A stretch of DNA of 64,000 nucleotides from contig CAYIBP010000001.1 in assembly GCA_964361705.1 (NCBI GenBank), positions 26,727 to 90,726 of the forward strand, written 5' to 3'. This DNA comes from an uncultured Candidatus Saccharibacteria bacterium (GTDB taxonomy: Bacteria > Patescibacteriota > Minisyncoccia > Phycocordibacterales > UBA9973). The notes below the pieces were generated by a model. The model was not told the origin of the DNA, did no database searches, and saw nothing but the letters and a program-made list of their open reading frames with translations. The stretch's first letter is position 1, and every line of letters begins with the position of its first letter. Below are positions 27,971 to 37,288 of this stretch, piece by piece. The position numbers were made by a program, and so were the translations under genes.

Positions 27971-29437
27971 CTATATCATAGGTTCGGCTTCTTGTGAAAT
28001 TGCTTTCTGTATTTTTTCTTCATTAGAATCTTTGCCTTTGTTGGTGATAGCGGCCTTTTCTTCCGCGCTTCGGATGATAGTAGATTCTTCTTCCTCAATC
28101 AATTTCTTGGCATCTCCTCTTGATATGGCAAACTTTTTGCGTGAAGCCGCGATGATTTCTGCTTTGTATGAAGGATGCGTTGGTGGCAATATGCGCAGAG
28201 TCTCGGCAGAAAATGGATCATAACTTTCTCCATCTATTGTCATTTTTATATATATTTCCCCCACTGCCAGATTGATCATATCCTTCACACCGAAAAGCGG
28301 ATCGAATTCTGGTTTTAGTTTTACAGCGTCCTCCCCCCCCACACGAAATGAAATAATACTTCCAGTATTTCCTAGCACCGCCTGATATATTTTCGGATTT
28401 ATTTGGCCGACATATTGGTGCGCCATGGTCAGATTGAGTCCGTATTTTCGCGCCTCTGACAAAATGTTTTCAAATGTTTGCGTCACGACATTTTGAAACT
28501 CATCAACATATATGTAAAAATCAACACGATCTTTCTCTGGAATATTGGCACGCTCCATACCCGCCTGTTTTATCTTGGTCAAGAACATAGATCCAAAGAA
28601 AGAAGAATTTTCTTCACCTATGCGTCCTTTAGAAAGATTGATAAAGATTATTTTCTTCTCGTTCATCAACTTGCTTATGTCTATGCGGTTTTCCTTTTGC
28701 CCGAAAATATTTCGAAGCAATGGATCAGATAAAAACTGCCCGAGTTTGTTGACGAGCGGTATGATAGCGTCCGTGTCGAACTTTTCAGACCAATCGGCGA
28801 ATTCGATAGCGAAGAATCTTTTCACCATATCGTCTTGGATGTACTCCACCACTTTCTGTCTGTAATTTCTATCCGTCAACATCGAAATCATTCCACGCAT
28901 AGTGGCGTATGGGTAGTCTAGGAGCGCCAGACAAGTAAAACGAAAAACGTGCTCCAAACGCGGAGTCCAGTTGGCACCGAATTGCTTTTGCAAAACTTCG
29001 ATCAAACCCTGCGTCAATTGGAATTTGAACTGCGGATCGACATTCGACAGTGGGTTGAATGATGCGGGATATTCTGTGTCAGATGGATCAATAATGCACA
29101 CATCTTCAATGCGTTCTTTGGGTATATAATCAAGCATTGCCTCTATCACATCACCGTGCGGGTCGATAAGACAAAGACCGTGCCCATAAGTCACATCTTG
29201 ACGAAGCATCAGCTCGAGGAGCTTGGTCTTGCCGACACCAGACTTGCCTATGATATACAAGTGCCTGCGTCTGTCCACGCGCTTGATACCGAAAATAAAT
29301 TTCTTTTCTTCAAGAGCCGCGACATAATTGGTACGCCCGATAAAAGAAACCTCTTCAGGCTTGACCTTGCCAAAAACAGGTAGCTCTGGCGGAGGCGGAC
29401 CGTATTTTATTATCTGCACTCGATTGGGCTTAGACAT
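27971..29437 (-). CDS. soluble P-loop ATPase of the FtsK/HerA/VirD4-TraD (T4CP-like, AAA_10/DUF87-type) superfamily, paralog 1
   Basis: Walker [12 protein letters not shown], Walker [11 protein letters not shown]-terminal TMAHQY...[16 protein letters not shown] block resembling T4 coupling proteins. No TM helices. Stop lies 7 nt from the dnaJ start. Confidence 0.6.
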   Translation of the reverse strand: MSKPNRVQIIKYGPPPPELPVFGKVKPEEVSFIGRTNYVAALEEKKFIFGIKRVDRRRHLYIIGKSGVGKTKLLELMLRQDVTYGHGLCLIDPHGDVIEAMLDYIPKERIEDVCIIDPSDTEYPASFNPLSNVDPQFKFQLTQGLIEVLQKQFGANWTPRLEHVFRFTCLALLDYPYATMRGMISMLTDRNYRQKVVEYIQDDMVKRFFAIEFADWSEKFDTDAIIPLVNKLGQFLSDPLLRNIFGQKENRIDISKLMNEKKIIFINLSKGRIGEENSSFFGSMFLTKIKQAGMERANIPEKDRVDFYIYVDEFQNVVTQTFENILSEARKYGLNLTMAHQYVGQINPKIYQAVLGNTGSIISFRVGGEDAVKLKPEFDPLFGVKDMINLAVGEIYIKMTIDGESYDPFSAETLRILPPTHPSYKAEIIAASRKKFAISRGDAKKLIEEEESTIIRSAEEKAAITNKGKDSNEEKIQKAISQEAEPMI

Positions 29438-29442
29438 AAATT

Positions 29443-29736
29443 TTAAGAAAACTGCCTCATAAATTTATAAGAAAAAGGTTCTGCGTATTTTTCCAAAATA
29501 TTTCTCTCGTATTTATCCAATTTATCATATCCTAAGATAAAATTCTTGATCACGCTCCATTCTTCCCTGCCCGCTGGTTTGATGTCTCTAAAAGTCAAAA
29601 TCTGATCAACAATACCTAAAGCGCGTGTTTTAGCATTATTAGCAGCTTCTATTTTTTTTGAATCAAAAAAAGAAAAAAGTCTTCCTATTTCAGGATGCAA
29701 ATTTGCCATATAAAAAAGAGAATCTTTCTCAATCAT
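29443..29736 (-). CDS. hypothetical protein
   Basis: 97 aa ORF. 4-nt overlap with upstream ORF and 5-nt spacing to the ATPase suggest an operon. No recognisable motifs. Confidence 0.35.
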   Translation of the reverse strand: MIEKDSLFYMANLHPEIGRLFSFFDSKKIEAANNAKTRALGIVDQILTFRDIKPAGREEWSVIKNFILGYDKLDKYERNILEKYAEPFSYKFMRQFS

Positions 29737-30089
29737 TTCAAATCAATATATTTATGAATAACTTTAGTTCCTTTTTTTATTACTTCCTGATTATCAATAG
29801 ACCGTGTTCTGTTGCCTTGATTCGGTTTAATATTCACCATCGAGTCAAATTCTAAAACACCATCAGGGTTTTCTTCAAAACGAATATTAAAACCCCAAAT
29901 ATTTTCAAATTTTGATCCTGTACTGGTTAGAAGTTCAGAACTTTCAATATGATAATCTCCCCCCAATGCTACCCTTTCTAGTTCTATGTCAACGGTTCCT
30001 TTTATCATCGTGCTATACCAAAATAGGGCCATTTTTTTAACTTCATCTATTGAAACCTTGTGATCTAAAACAATTATCTGTCCGTTCAT
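29733..30089 (-). CDS. hypothetical protein
   Basis: 118 aa ORF, first gene of the apparent 30089->26860 reverse-strand transcription unit ending in dnaJ. No recognisable motifs. Confidence 0.4.
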   Translation of the reverse strand: MNGQIIVLDHKVSIDEVKKMALFWYSTMIKGTVDIELERVALGGDYHIESSELLTSTGSKFENIWGFNIRFEENPDGVLEFDSMVNIKPNQGNRTRSIDNQEVIKKGTKVIHKYIDLK

Positions 30090-30136
30090 ATATAGATGTA
30101 TTTTAACACAAAATCAGGAAGCGCGCTTGCAGGATA

Positions 30137-30186
30137 ATACCAAAGGTGCCCTTTCGCACCACAGTGCGAAAGGGCACCTTTGGTAT
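30137..30186. promoter_or_regulatory. perfect 23-bp-stem hairpin/palindrome ATACCAAAGGTGCCCTTTCGCAC-caca-GTGCGAAAGGGCACCTTTGGTAT
   Basis: Read directly; followed by a 10-bp direct repeat of cctttggtat. Lies between the stop of the GC-rich ORF 30324-30899 and the start of ORF 29733-30089, so it could be a terminator, an operator, or both. Confidence 0.5.
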
Positions 30187-30323
30187 CCTTTGGTATGTCT
30201 TAGTAAATTCTAGTACTTTTGCTTTTCAAAACCATCAAGAAAATCTTGATAACTTTGAAAAGCATAAGAGAAATGAACATTCCTGTTCAAATCTCCTAGC
30301 TTTGATGGTGATGCCCTCCAACA

Positions 30324-30899
30324 TCACTTTTTGGATGAATCGGGCAGAGATCCTACCTTTTCGTCGAATTCTTGAAGCTGAAGCTCAAGGTTAGTTTTTC
30401 CCCTTATAGCTCTTTCCTTCCTTCCCAAAATCTCGATTTGGGCTTCGAGATGTTTTTCTCTCATCCGCAAAAAAGGTTTGTTGTCTTCAACAACCGATTT
30501 TCTCACCTTGTCGACAACAAAAGAGGTGTCCACGGTGGTAGCTTCAGCTTGGGGAGCTGGAGATTCGACTTGAGGGAGCGGAGCTACCGTGGTCAAAGCA
30601 GAGGTGTCGGGAAGGGCTTCGGCTTGGGGGACCGGAGAGAACGTCGAGTCGTGGGAGACCGAGGCTTTGGGGGTCAGAACCTCCTGCGTGGCAAGATTGG
30701 CCCAAAACTGCGGGCAATCCATGGTTCTGCACCATCCTTGGTGAGAGCCATGAGGTGTCGGATTCTGTTCGAATGGGTAGGCCGAGGTGGGCAGGGCGAT
30801 GGAAGAGATTTCGCGTTTCTTTGTCACGGCAAAGAAAAGCAAAGAAAACGCGAGAGCTACCATTCCAATCACTACCCAGAGTAGGGGGTTTTTCCTCAT
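30324..30899 (-). CDS. signal-anchored Pro/Ala/Thr-rich protein with C-terminal coiled coil (GC-rich ORF)
   Basis: N-terminal TM helix (LLWVVIGMVALAFSLLFFAV); repetitive PQAEA-containing linker; coiled-coil tail. About 50% GC, against ~33% background. The overlapping +strand ORF 30372-30884 is Gly/Arg low-complexity and judged less likely. Confidence 0.45.
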   Translation of the reverse strand: MRKNPLLWVVIGMVALAFSLLFFAVTKKREISSIALPTSAYPFEQNPTPHGSHQGWCRTMDCPQFWANLATQEVLTPKASVSHDSTFSPVPQAEALPDTSALTTVAPLPQVESPAPQAEATTVDTSFVVDKVRKSVVEDNKPFLRMREKHLEAQIEILGRKERAIRGKTNLELQLQEFDEKVGSLPDSSKK

Positions 30900-31074
30900 A
30901 AAATTTCTCCTAAAAAGATGGTTTGAAAAAGTTCTGAAACATTGATTAACGCGCTCTTTGCACGAAGCTTAGATTACAAAGAGCGATATGTTTGTAATAT
31001 AGCACACATCTAAGGTAAAAGTCAATAGCTGTAAACCCTTGTAAAATAAGGATTTTAGGGGTATATTTGGGTTT

Positions 31075-31770
31075 ATGAGATTACATAGGTTTATTGGGGA
31101 GTTTGATTTATCTAAAAGTGAGATCGAGATAAAAGACTCGGAAATCATAAAACAGGTCAGAAATGTCTTGCGTTTGAACGTAGGTGATTTTTTAATACTT
31201 TCAGATGGCAAAGGTATGGAAAAAGAAACCACGATCACTTCCCTATCTAAAGAAAACATAATAGTTGAGGTAATAAAAGATATACCTTTAAATGAACCAA
31301 CCAAAAAAGTCAGCTTGTATTTGGCAGTATTGAAGAAAGAAAATTTTGAGCTAGCTGTACAAAAAGCTGTCGAGTGCGGAGTGTCAGAAATAATTCCCAT
31401 CATCACAGAACGCACAGTAAAAACTGGTTTGAATAAAACTCGTTTAGAAAAAATAATAAAAGAGTCCTGCGAACAATCTGGTCGAGGGATACTTCCCCAC
31501 CTTTCTGAAACTATATCTTTCGACGACGCACTACAAGACGGCACGAAAAACGAAGAGAGGGTAGTTTTTCATTTTGTTGATAAACAATATGAATCAAAAA
31601 AGAATACAACAAACGCAAGTATTTTCATCGGTCCTGAAGGTGGTTTTACCGAACATGAAATATCTCTGACTAAAGATACCGGCTATACTGTTACCTCTTT
31701 AGGATCCCTCACCCTCCGCGCTGAGACAGCCGCGATGATAAGCACATACAGAGTAGTACAGAATATATAA
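31075..31770 (+). CDS. rsmE: 16S rRNA (uracil1498-N3)-methyltransferase
   Basis: MRLHRFIGEF N-terminus (PUA-like) and C-terminal SPOUT knot motifs (FIGPEGGFTEHEI...SLGSLTLRAETAAM). Confidence 0.85.
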   Translation: MRLHRFIGEFDLSKSEIEIKDSEIIKQVRNVLRLNVGDFLILSDGKGMEKETTITSLSKENIIVEVIKDIPLNEPTKKVSLYLAVLKKENFELAVQKAVECGVSEIIPIITERTVKTGLNKTRLEKIIKESCEQSGRGILPHLSETISFDDALQDGTKNEERVVFHFVDKQYESKKNTTNASIFIGPEGGFTEHEISLTKDTGYTVTSLGSLTLRAETAAMISTYRVVQNI

Positions 31771-31851
31771 ACACGAAAAACCGTCGAGTACATAATGACA
31801 GCTATAGCGTCTATTATGTTATTATCATTTTAGTTTAAAATCTAATATCTT

Positions 31852-33522
31852 CTAATAAACCTCCTGTTGGTAACAACTCTCGCAGTACACTATCTCTTTG
31901 TTCTCTGGTGAATAATTTGTATTTATTTCCTTTTTGCATTTATCACACTGTCGCTTCCAGAATTTATATGGTCCACGAATATTTATCCTTTCTTTATGTC
32001 TGCAATAAAAACATTTGCGCGGAATAGGCAGGATCATCTTTCTGTAAAACAAGAATTCTTGCGCTGTAATTTTATAATTCCTCTTGCAATCTATACAGGC
32101 AAGTACTTCAGCCAAAATACCATCCGTCACATCTTTTATATGGTCTGGTATTTGTTCTGATTGCACTGTTTCTTTGCCTTCCGTTTTCTGCAGATCATCC
32201 TCCCATCTAAAACCTTGCGCCAGCACTTCTTCTTTTGTCATCGGCATATTGTCCTGCCCTATCGTTTCATTATAAGCAAAGGGAGCAAGATCTGGGGGCA
32301 TCATTAAGCCATATAGATTTTTTGATTTTAATTCTTGTATGATTAGATTTTTTAACTTTTCATATTCTTCCTTGCTGTATTCTTTGTTGAATATGGCATA
32401 TTTAGTGTTTTTAAGCGCATCACATCCTACACAATCTTGGCAATTTGTAGTGTAAAAACAGTAAAGCATATTATTGCCATGCTCAAGACCATAAGAACCT
32501 ATAATATTGCTCGAATGCCCCACTGCCACTACTTCGAGCAATCTTTCGCAGGAGGTACCATAGCCTATGGTACCATAAGAATCTTTAATTTCTTTTGAAG
32601 AAAATAAATATCGGCAATCCTCACCTCTTGCCACCTCGAAAGAATCTTTGACGTTTTTACAGTTAAAAAGATAATCTCCAGAGGAATCTATACTTTTTGG
32701 ATCATTATTTTCTTTTACTGGATATTTCAAACATAAATCTTTAAACTCTTTTTTAAAAGATTTCGTTTTTGAGAAACTTCCTTGTATTTCTTTGACTTTG
32801 TTCCAGTATTCTTCTTGGGTATATGGTTCATTTAGAAAGTGATAAGACTTATTGTTTAAATTTACACAACCAAAGCAATTCATCACTCCCCTGCAATTTT
32901 GGACAAAAGCGCTATCCACCGATCCAAAAACATTTTTTCCCCATAGAATGCCCGAAGATTCTTGAACATTGACACTTTCATAACATCGTTCGGTTTTTGT
33001 GGCAAAATACATATCCGAACAATCCTTGATATCTTTCGCTCCTCTAGTATAGAGAGTTTCTTCGGCAGGCCCGGTATTGAAAACGAGATAGCAATTCTTG
33101 CATCCGCCTGCCATATTCGTATATTCGCTGTTTTGATTTGGTCCGTATCCAGAAGAAAGATATGTGGTGATCTTCGGTACTTTTATCAAAAATTCTTTCA
33201 TCTGCTCTAAAAAAGAATGGCTTGGGTCATAATCCATGGCGTAATCTTTTGGATCCCATTTGTCGGAATAAAAACATTCGTGACAATATATCTTGTAAGG
33301 AGATTTTGGATTGTACATCGATATTATGCTCTTGTCGCATAAATCACAACGTCTGCCTGAATAAAGAGTGGTTTCGTTTCTCCACAGCGCACGCATTTTA
33401 AATCTGCAAGACGGACAAACCTTTGGGTTCGGCACTTGCATCTTTTCATAAAAAGAAATTTCGTCCTGATCTAGAAAAAAATCAGTGAGGCATTTAGTGC
33501 ATTTTTTCGTTTCTGTACGCAT
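31852..33522 (-). CDS. cysteine-rich multi-zinc-ribbon protein, novel family, paralog A
   Basis: 556 aa, >45 Cys, no signal peptide. N-terminal module CxxC...FYEKMQVPNPKVCPSCR...RCDLCDKS...YCHECF. C-terminal module of the same pattern (CIDCKRNY...FYRKMILPIPRKCFYCR...QCDKCKKE...YCESCYQQEVY). Internal repeats C-x2-C-x-G-C...Y-x-KEEY. Paralogous to 35576-37288, 37255-39012 and 41611-43377. Confidence 0.6.
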   Translation of the reverse strand: MRTETKKCTKCLTDFFLDQDEISFYEKMQVPNPKVCPSCRFKMRALWRNETTLYSGRRCDLCDKSIISMYNPKSPYKIYCHECFYSDKWDPKDYAMDYDPSHSFLEQMKEFLIKVPKITTYLSSGYGPNQNSEYTNMAGGCKNCYLVFNTGPAEETLYTRGAKDIKDCSDMYFATKTERCYESVNVQESSGILWGKNVFGSVDSAFVQNCRGVMNCFGCVNLNNKSYHFLNEPYTQEEYWNKVKEIQGSFSKTKSFKKEFKDLCLKYPVKENNDPKSIDSSGDYLFNCKNVKDSFEVARGEDCRYLFSSKEIKDSYGTIGYGTSCERLLEVVAVGHSSNIIGSYGLEHGNNMLYCFYTTNCQDCVGCDALKNTKYAIFNKEYSKEEYEKLKNLIIQELKSKNLYGLMMPPDLAPFAYNETIGQDNMPMTKEEVLAQGFRWEDDLQKTEGKETVQSEQIPDHIKDVTDGILAEVLACIDCKRNYKITAQEFLFYRKMILPIPRKCFYCRHKERINIRGPYKFWKRQCDKCKKEINTNYSPENKEIVYCESCYQQEVY

Positions 33523-33526
33523 AATT

Positions 33527-35536
33527 TTATTCCAATATCTTTCTCAGCACATCTTCAGGCACTTCTTTTATTTTTGTCTTGGGTGTTTCTTCTTCTTTTA
33601 TTTCTTCTTTTTTTATATTTTTAGATTCTATAAAACTTTTCAATTTATCCATATCTTCTGCGCTCGCTGCGCGATCTTTTGATGATTTTTCTTTTTTAAT
33701 TATACTAGGTGCTTGTTCTTCTTTTAAAATACTCAGGGGCACGGGTGCATGCACAGCAGGTCTCACAAGGGTAACGAGGTCAGACTTTTTTTCTACTTCC
33801 TCTGATTTTACCTTTGATTCTTCTGCGATAGTTTTATTTAAAATATCCCTTAGAGCTGGGTTGCCATTTTCTGTACGAGCTATTTTTAGTTTGTTACCAG
33901 TAAACACCTTCTTCATTCTTGAAAATACACCCTCTCGCACAGGCGCTATATTCCTCGTCGTACTGTCTCTTTCTTCTTCTTTCTTGGGCTCGAATTCTAT
34001 ACCCAGATCGGCCAGTGGTTTATAAAACTTAGCATCATCTCTTTTGTTTTCTCTTGAAAAACCCGTAGCGACTTTTAATTCCCCTGTCTTTATTTTATCC
34101 ATACAATCCTTACAATACACAGGCCTGCCTGGCGTAGGCTTGAAAGGCACTGTGGTTTCTTTTTTGCAATTAGAACAAATGATCGGGAATTTCTCTCCGG
34201 TCATATTATCTCCATCATTGCCTAGAGACATTCCGCTCCAATCATTGATCTCTTGCTCCACTACTTCTCTTGGTCTGCAATACAGCGCGCGCGAAGACCT
34301 AATCACTTCTTGTTCTATCTCCTTGTTACCCGACTTTACTAAAGGCGATAAGGTCTTGGCTGAAAAAGGTCTCGATGTCGTACCATCAATCATAAGCTTC
34401 AAATAAATTTTGAAATTCGGTAAGTTTAAAATATCTTGCGGTGTGAATTCTGGCTCAAATTCTTTTTCCAAAAACTTTGCATCATCAGCGCCGACTCTGA
34501 AAACAATCATCGTGCCCACGTTGCCAAATACTGCATCTCGAACACTAGAATTCTTATCAGCTATCAACTGTGCCGTGTACTGATGGGCCACAGTCAAATT
34601 GAGTCTATATTTTCGAGCTTCAGACAAAATACCTGCAAAAGACTCCGTAACGAAATTTTGGAATTCATCAACATATAGATAGAAATCTTTTCTCTCGTCT
34701 TCGGGTATGCGCACACGTTCCATAGCGGCGAGCTGAATCTTGGTAATTATCATTCCCCCTAAAAGCGAAGAATTGTCTTCACCTATGCGCCCTTTTGATA
34801 CATTTACAAGAAATATTTTTTCTTGATTCATTAAATCAAAAATATCCACTGTGCTTTTAGCCTGACCAACGATATTTCTGATGATAGAGGTAGAAAGAAA
34901 CTGCCCAACTTTGTTTTGTATCGGCGCAATGGCTTCATTTCTAAATTTATCCTGCCAAGCTTCGTATTCGTGAATCCAGAATGCTTTAATAACAGGGTCC
35001 TTCAAGTTTGCTATTACCTTTTGACGATAATCTTTATCCACCAAGAGCCTCGGTATACCGAGCAATGTCGAACCTGGAGTATCAAGCAGTGCCAAGATAG
35101 CATTGTTCAAAATATATTCCATTCTGGCGCTCCAAGCATTTGCCCAAATCTTTGTGAAAATACCCATCAAACCCGAAGCTACGAGATGTTTATATTTTGG
35201 ATCCAAAAGTTCGAGAACATTAAAACCTATATGATACTCCGTATCAGCAGGATTGAAATACACCACATCTTTCATTCGATGTGGAGGAATAGCCGAGAGT
35301 ACTGCTTCGACATTTTCTCCGTGAGGATCAACCATACACACACCATCGCCATTTTCGATGTTCTGAATAATCATGTTGAACATCAGGGCGGATTTACCTG
35401 TACCGGATTTTCCAAGTATGTACACATGCTGACGGCGATCTTTACGCTTTATGCCAAAGAGAGTATTCTTGTCCCTATAAGTAGTCTGACCTACATAAGT
35501 AATCTCTTTATTTTTTGGGATTCCCAAGAGTTCCAT
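33527..35536 (-). CDS. soluble FtsK/HerA/VirD4-TraD-like P-loop ATPase, paralog 2, with C-terminal zinc ribbon and K/E-rich tail
   Basis: Walker A ILGKSGTGKSA, Walker B YLYVDEFQNF, LTVAHQY...GNVGTMIVFRVGADDA block. Extra C-terminal CSNCKKETTVPFKPTPGRPVYCKDC zinc ribbon followed by a ~200 aa lysine/glutamate-rich tail. No TM helices. Confidence 0.6.
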   Translation of the reverse strand: MELLGIPKNKEITYVGQTTYRDKNTLFGIKRKDRRQHVYILGKSGTGKSALMFNMIIQNIENGDGVCMVDPHGENVEAVLSAIPPHRMKDVVYFNPADTEYHIGFNVLELLDPKYKHLVASGLMGIFTKIWANAWSARMEYILNNAILALLDTPGSTLLGIPRLLVDKDYRQKVIANLKDPVIKAFWIHEYEAWQDKFRNEAIAPIQNKVGQFLSTSIIRNIVGQAKSTVDIFDLMNQEKIFLVNVSKGRIGEDNSSLLGGMIITKIQLAAMERVRIPEDERKDFYLYVDEFQNFVTESFAGILSEARKYRLNLTVAHQYTAQLIADKNSSVRDAVFGNVGTMIVFRVGADDAKFLEKEFEPEFTPQDILNLPNFKIYLKLMIDGTTSRPFSAKTLSPLVKSGNKEIEQEVIRSSRALYCRPREVVEQEINDWSGMSLGNDGDNMTGEKFPIICSNCKKETTVPFKPTPGRPVYCKDCMDKIKTGELKVATGFSRENKRDDAKFYKPLADLGIEFEPKKEEERDSTTRNIAPVREGVFSRMKKVFTGNKLKIARTENGNPALRDILNKTIAEESKVKSEEVEKKSDLVTLVRPAVHAPVPLSILKEEQAPSIIKKEKSSKDRAASAEDMDKLKSFIESKNIKKEEIKEEETPKTKIKEVPEDVLRKILE

Positions 35537-35575
35537 ATGTGTATATTATACAAGAAAAACAAGCTTTTACCATAT

Positions 35576-37288
35576 TTAGTATATTTCCTTCTGATAGCAA
35601 CTTTCACAATACACTATTTCTGGTCTATCTAGTGAATATGAGGTTTCAAATTCGTTAGAGCACCTTTCCTTCATGCATTTCCGATGCCATAGTTTTAAAG
35701 GATTGCGCGATTTCATCCTCCTATCATTCCGGCAGAAAAAACAATTCCTAGGCAAAGGTACCTGCATTCTCTTATAAAAAAGCAATTCTTGATTTGTAAT
35801 CTTAAAATTACGATCACAAGACCCACAAACCAGAACTTCGTTTATAATGTCTTCCACAACATCATTGATATCATCTGGTATGTTTTCTTGTGACATCGTT
35901 TCTTTGCCTACGGTACGTTTGAAATCATTCTGCCATTTCAAGCCACGAGCCTCTGCCTCGCTCTGTGTAAGAGGAAACATTGAGAGGGCCTCTGTTTCGT
36001 TGTAATTAAAATAAGACATTCGAGCGGGGAAAAATTCTCCCCACTCTTTTGTTTTTTTCATTAGCTCAATGATCTCATTTTTTAGTTTAAAATATTCTTC
36101 TTTTGTGTATCTTTTATTCAAAATTACATACTCTCCTTTTTTGACACTCGCACATCCAAAGATATTGTTGCACGAATGGCAATTGTCACAATAAGCAATA
36201 TCTTTATCCTTCCATGAATAAATACTAAAAAGATTATTATAAGATTGGTCTGGTGTTGCCGCCTCATAAGAATATTCCACCTCTCCACCACCGGACAAAT
36301 CGTAACAATCCTTAAACTTTACACCATTGTAGACGAATCTTGATTCCTCGCTAAACGGGGCAAAGAAAGAATCTCTGGTGTGTTTTGCCTCTATCAGATC
36401 ATTCCCCGTACAATTCAGACAATTACGAAACATCGCAAACCGACGCGGATATTTTAAAATAAATTCCTTAAACTCCTTCTCAGCCCTCTGCCAACCAGTA
36501 AAAGTATTCAAGGCGTAAGATTTCAAAATATCTTCATACTCTTCCTTGCTGTATTGTTTGTTACGAAAATAATATCTCTTGCTTCTCAAGCCAAAAGACA
36601 TAAAACAATCGCTACAATCACGACAGTCATAACAAAAATCACAGTTTTGTAGCGAATTACCATATATCACATATCTGCACTTATAACACTTATCAATCAA
36701 AATTGACTCGTACATGAATTCATTAAAATCATAAGCACCAAGACAATCGCACAGTTCCCTGCCCTCATTTAGAAAACAAGAATACATCACGCTCTCTAAT
36801 TTCCAAGAAATAAAAGTCATGTAACAATTTTTAGAAAATGCAACATCGTGACAATAAGGACTATTCATACTGGAAATACCATCATCGTTCATCAGGGCGA
36901 TCTTTGGCACTTTGTGATTTAGTTCCATGTACTGTTCAAAAAAAGATTTGTTCGGATCAAAATCCTGTCCGTATTTGTATGGATCCCAGTTGTCGTTCCA
37001 GAAACACTTGACGCAATAAACGACCAAATCAGAGTCAGGTTTGTAAATAGAAAGAGTGCTCTTGCCACACAGATCGCACGAACGATTGTACAGATTGTAT
37101 GTATTCCTCCAAGCCAACCTGCGTTGACTTCTACAATCTGGACAAAAAGTCGGGGGTGGCACTTTGATTTTTTCATAAAACCCAAAATCGTCAGATTCTA
37201 TAGTGAAATCTTTTTTACAGTTTTGACAATTGCGGGTTTCGGATTGCATATATTTTAATATACCTCTTTTTTGTAACAATCTTCGCAA
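35576..37288 (-). CDS. cysteine-rich multi-zinc-ribbon protein, novel family, paralog B
   Basis: 570 aa, same architecture as paralog A: N-term CQNCKKDF...FYEKIKVPPPTFCPDCRSQRR...CDLCGKS...YCVKCF; C-term CGSCDRNFKI...FYKRMQVPLPRNCFFCR...CSNEFETSYS...VYCESCYQKEIY. Confidence 0.6.
   Translation of the reverse strand: MRRLLQKRGILKYMQSETRNCQNCKKDFTIESDDFGFYEKIKVPPPTFCPDCRSQRRLAWRNTYNLYNRSCDLCGKSTLSIYKPDSDLVVYCVKCFWNDNWDPYKYGQDFDPNKSFFEQYMELNHKVPKIALMNDDGISSMNSPYCHDVAFSKNCYMTFISWKLESVMYSCFLNEGRELCDCLGAYDFNEFMYESILIDKCYKCRYVIYGNSLQNCDFCYDCRDCSDCFMSFGLRSKRYYFRNKQYSKEEYEDILKSYALNTFTGWQRAEKEFKEFILKYPRRFAMFRNCLNCTGNDLIEAKHTRDSFFAPFSEESRFVYNGVKFKDCYDLSGGGEVEYSYEAATPDQSYNNLFSIYSWKDKDIAYCDNCHSCNNIFGCASVKKGEYVILNKRYTKEEYFKLKNEIIELMKKTKEWGEFFPARMSYFNYNETEALSMFPLTQSEAEARGLKWQNDFKRTVGKETMSQENIPDDINDVVEDIINEVLVCGSCDRNFKITNQELLFYKRMQVPLPRNCFFCRNDRRMKSRNPLKLWHRKCMKERCSNEFETSYSLDRPEIVYCESCYQKEIY

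Noticed and set aside
30372-30884. + strand ORF (170 aa, Gly/Arg-rich) overlapping the Pro-rich reverse-strand ORF
   Set aside because: The GC-rich region is open in several frames. The reverse-strand product has a signal-anchor helix and coiled coil (protein-like), whereas the + strand product is RG-rich low complexity. Kept the reverse-strand call, at modest confidence only.
30969-31544. 191-aa reverse-strand ORF opposite rsmE
   Set aside because: Overlaps almost the entire rsmE gene, which has clear SPOUT motifs. Ser/Phe/Ile-rich shadow ORF.
33579-35632. Four + strand ORFs (148, 120, 80, 238 aa) across ATPase paralog 2
   Set aside because: Antisense to an ORF with Walker A/B motifs and a paralog elsewhere; translations low complexity.
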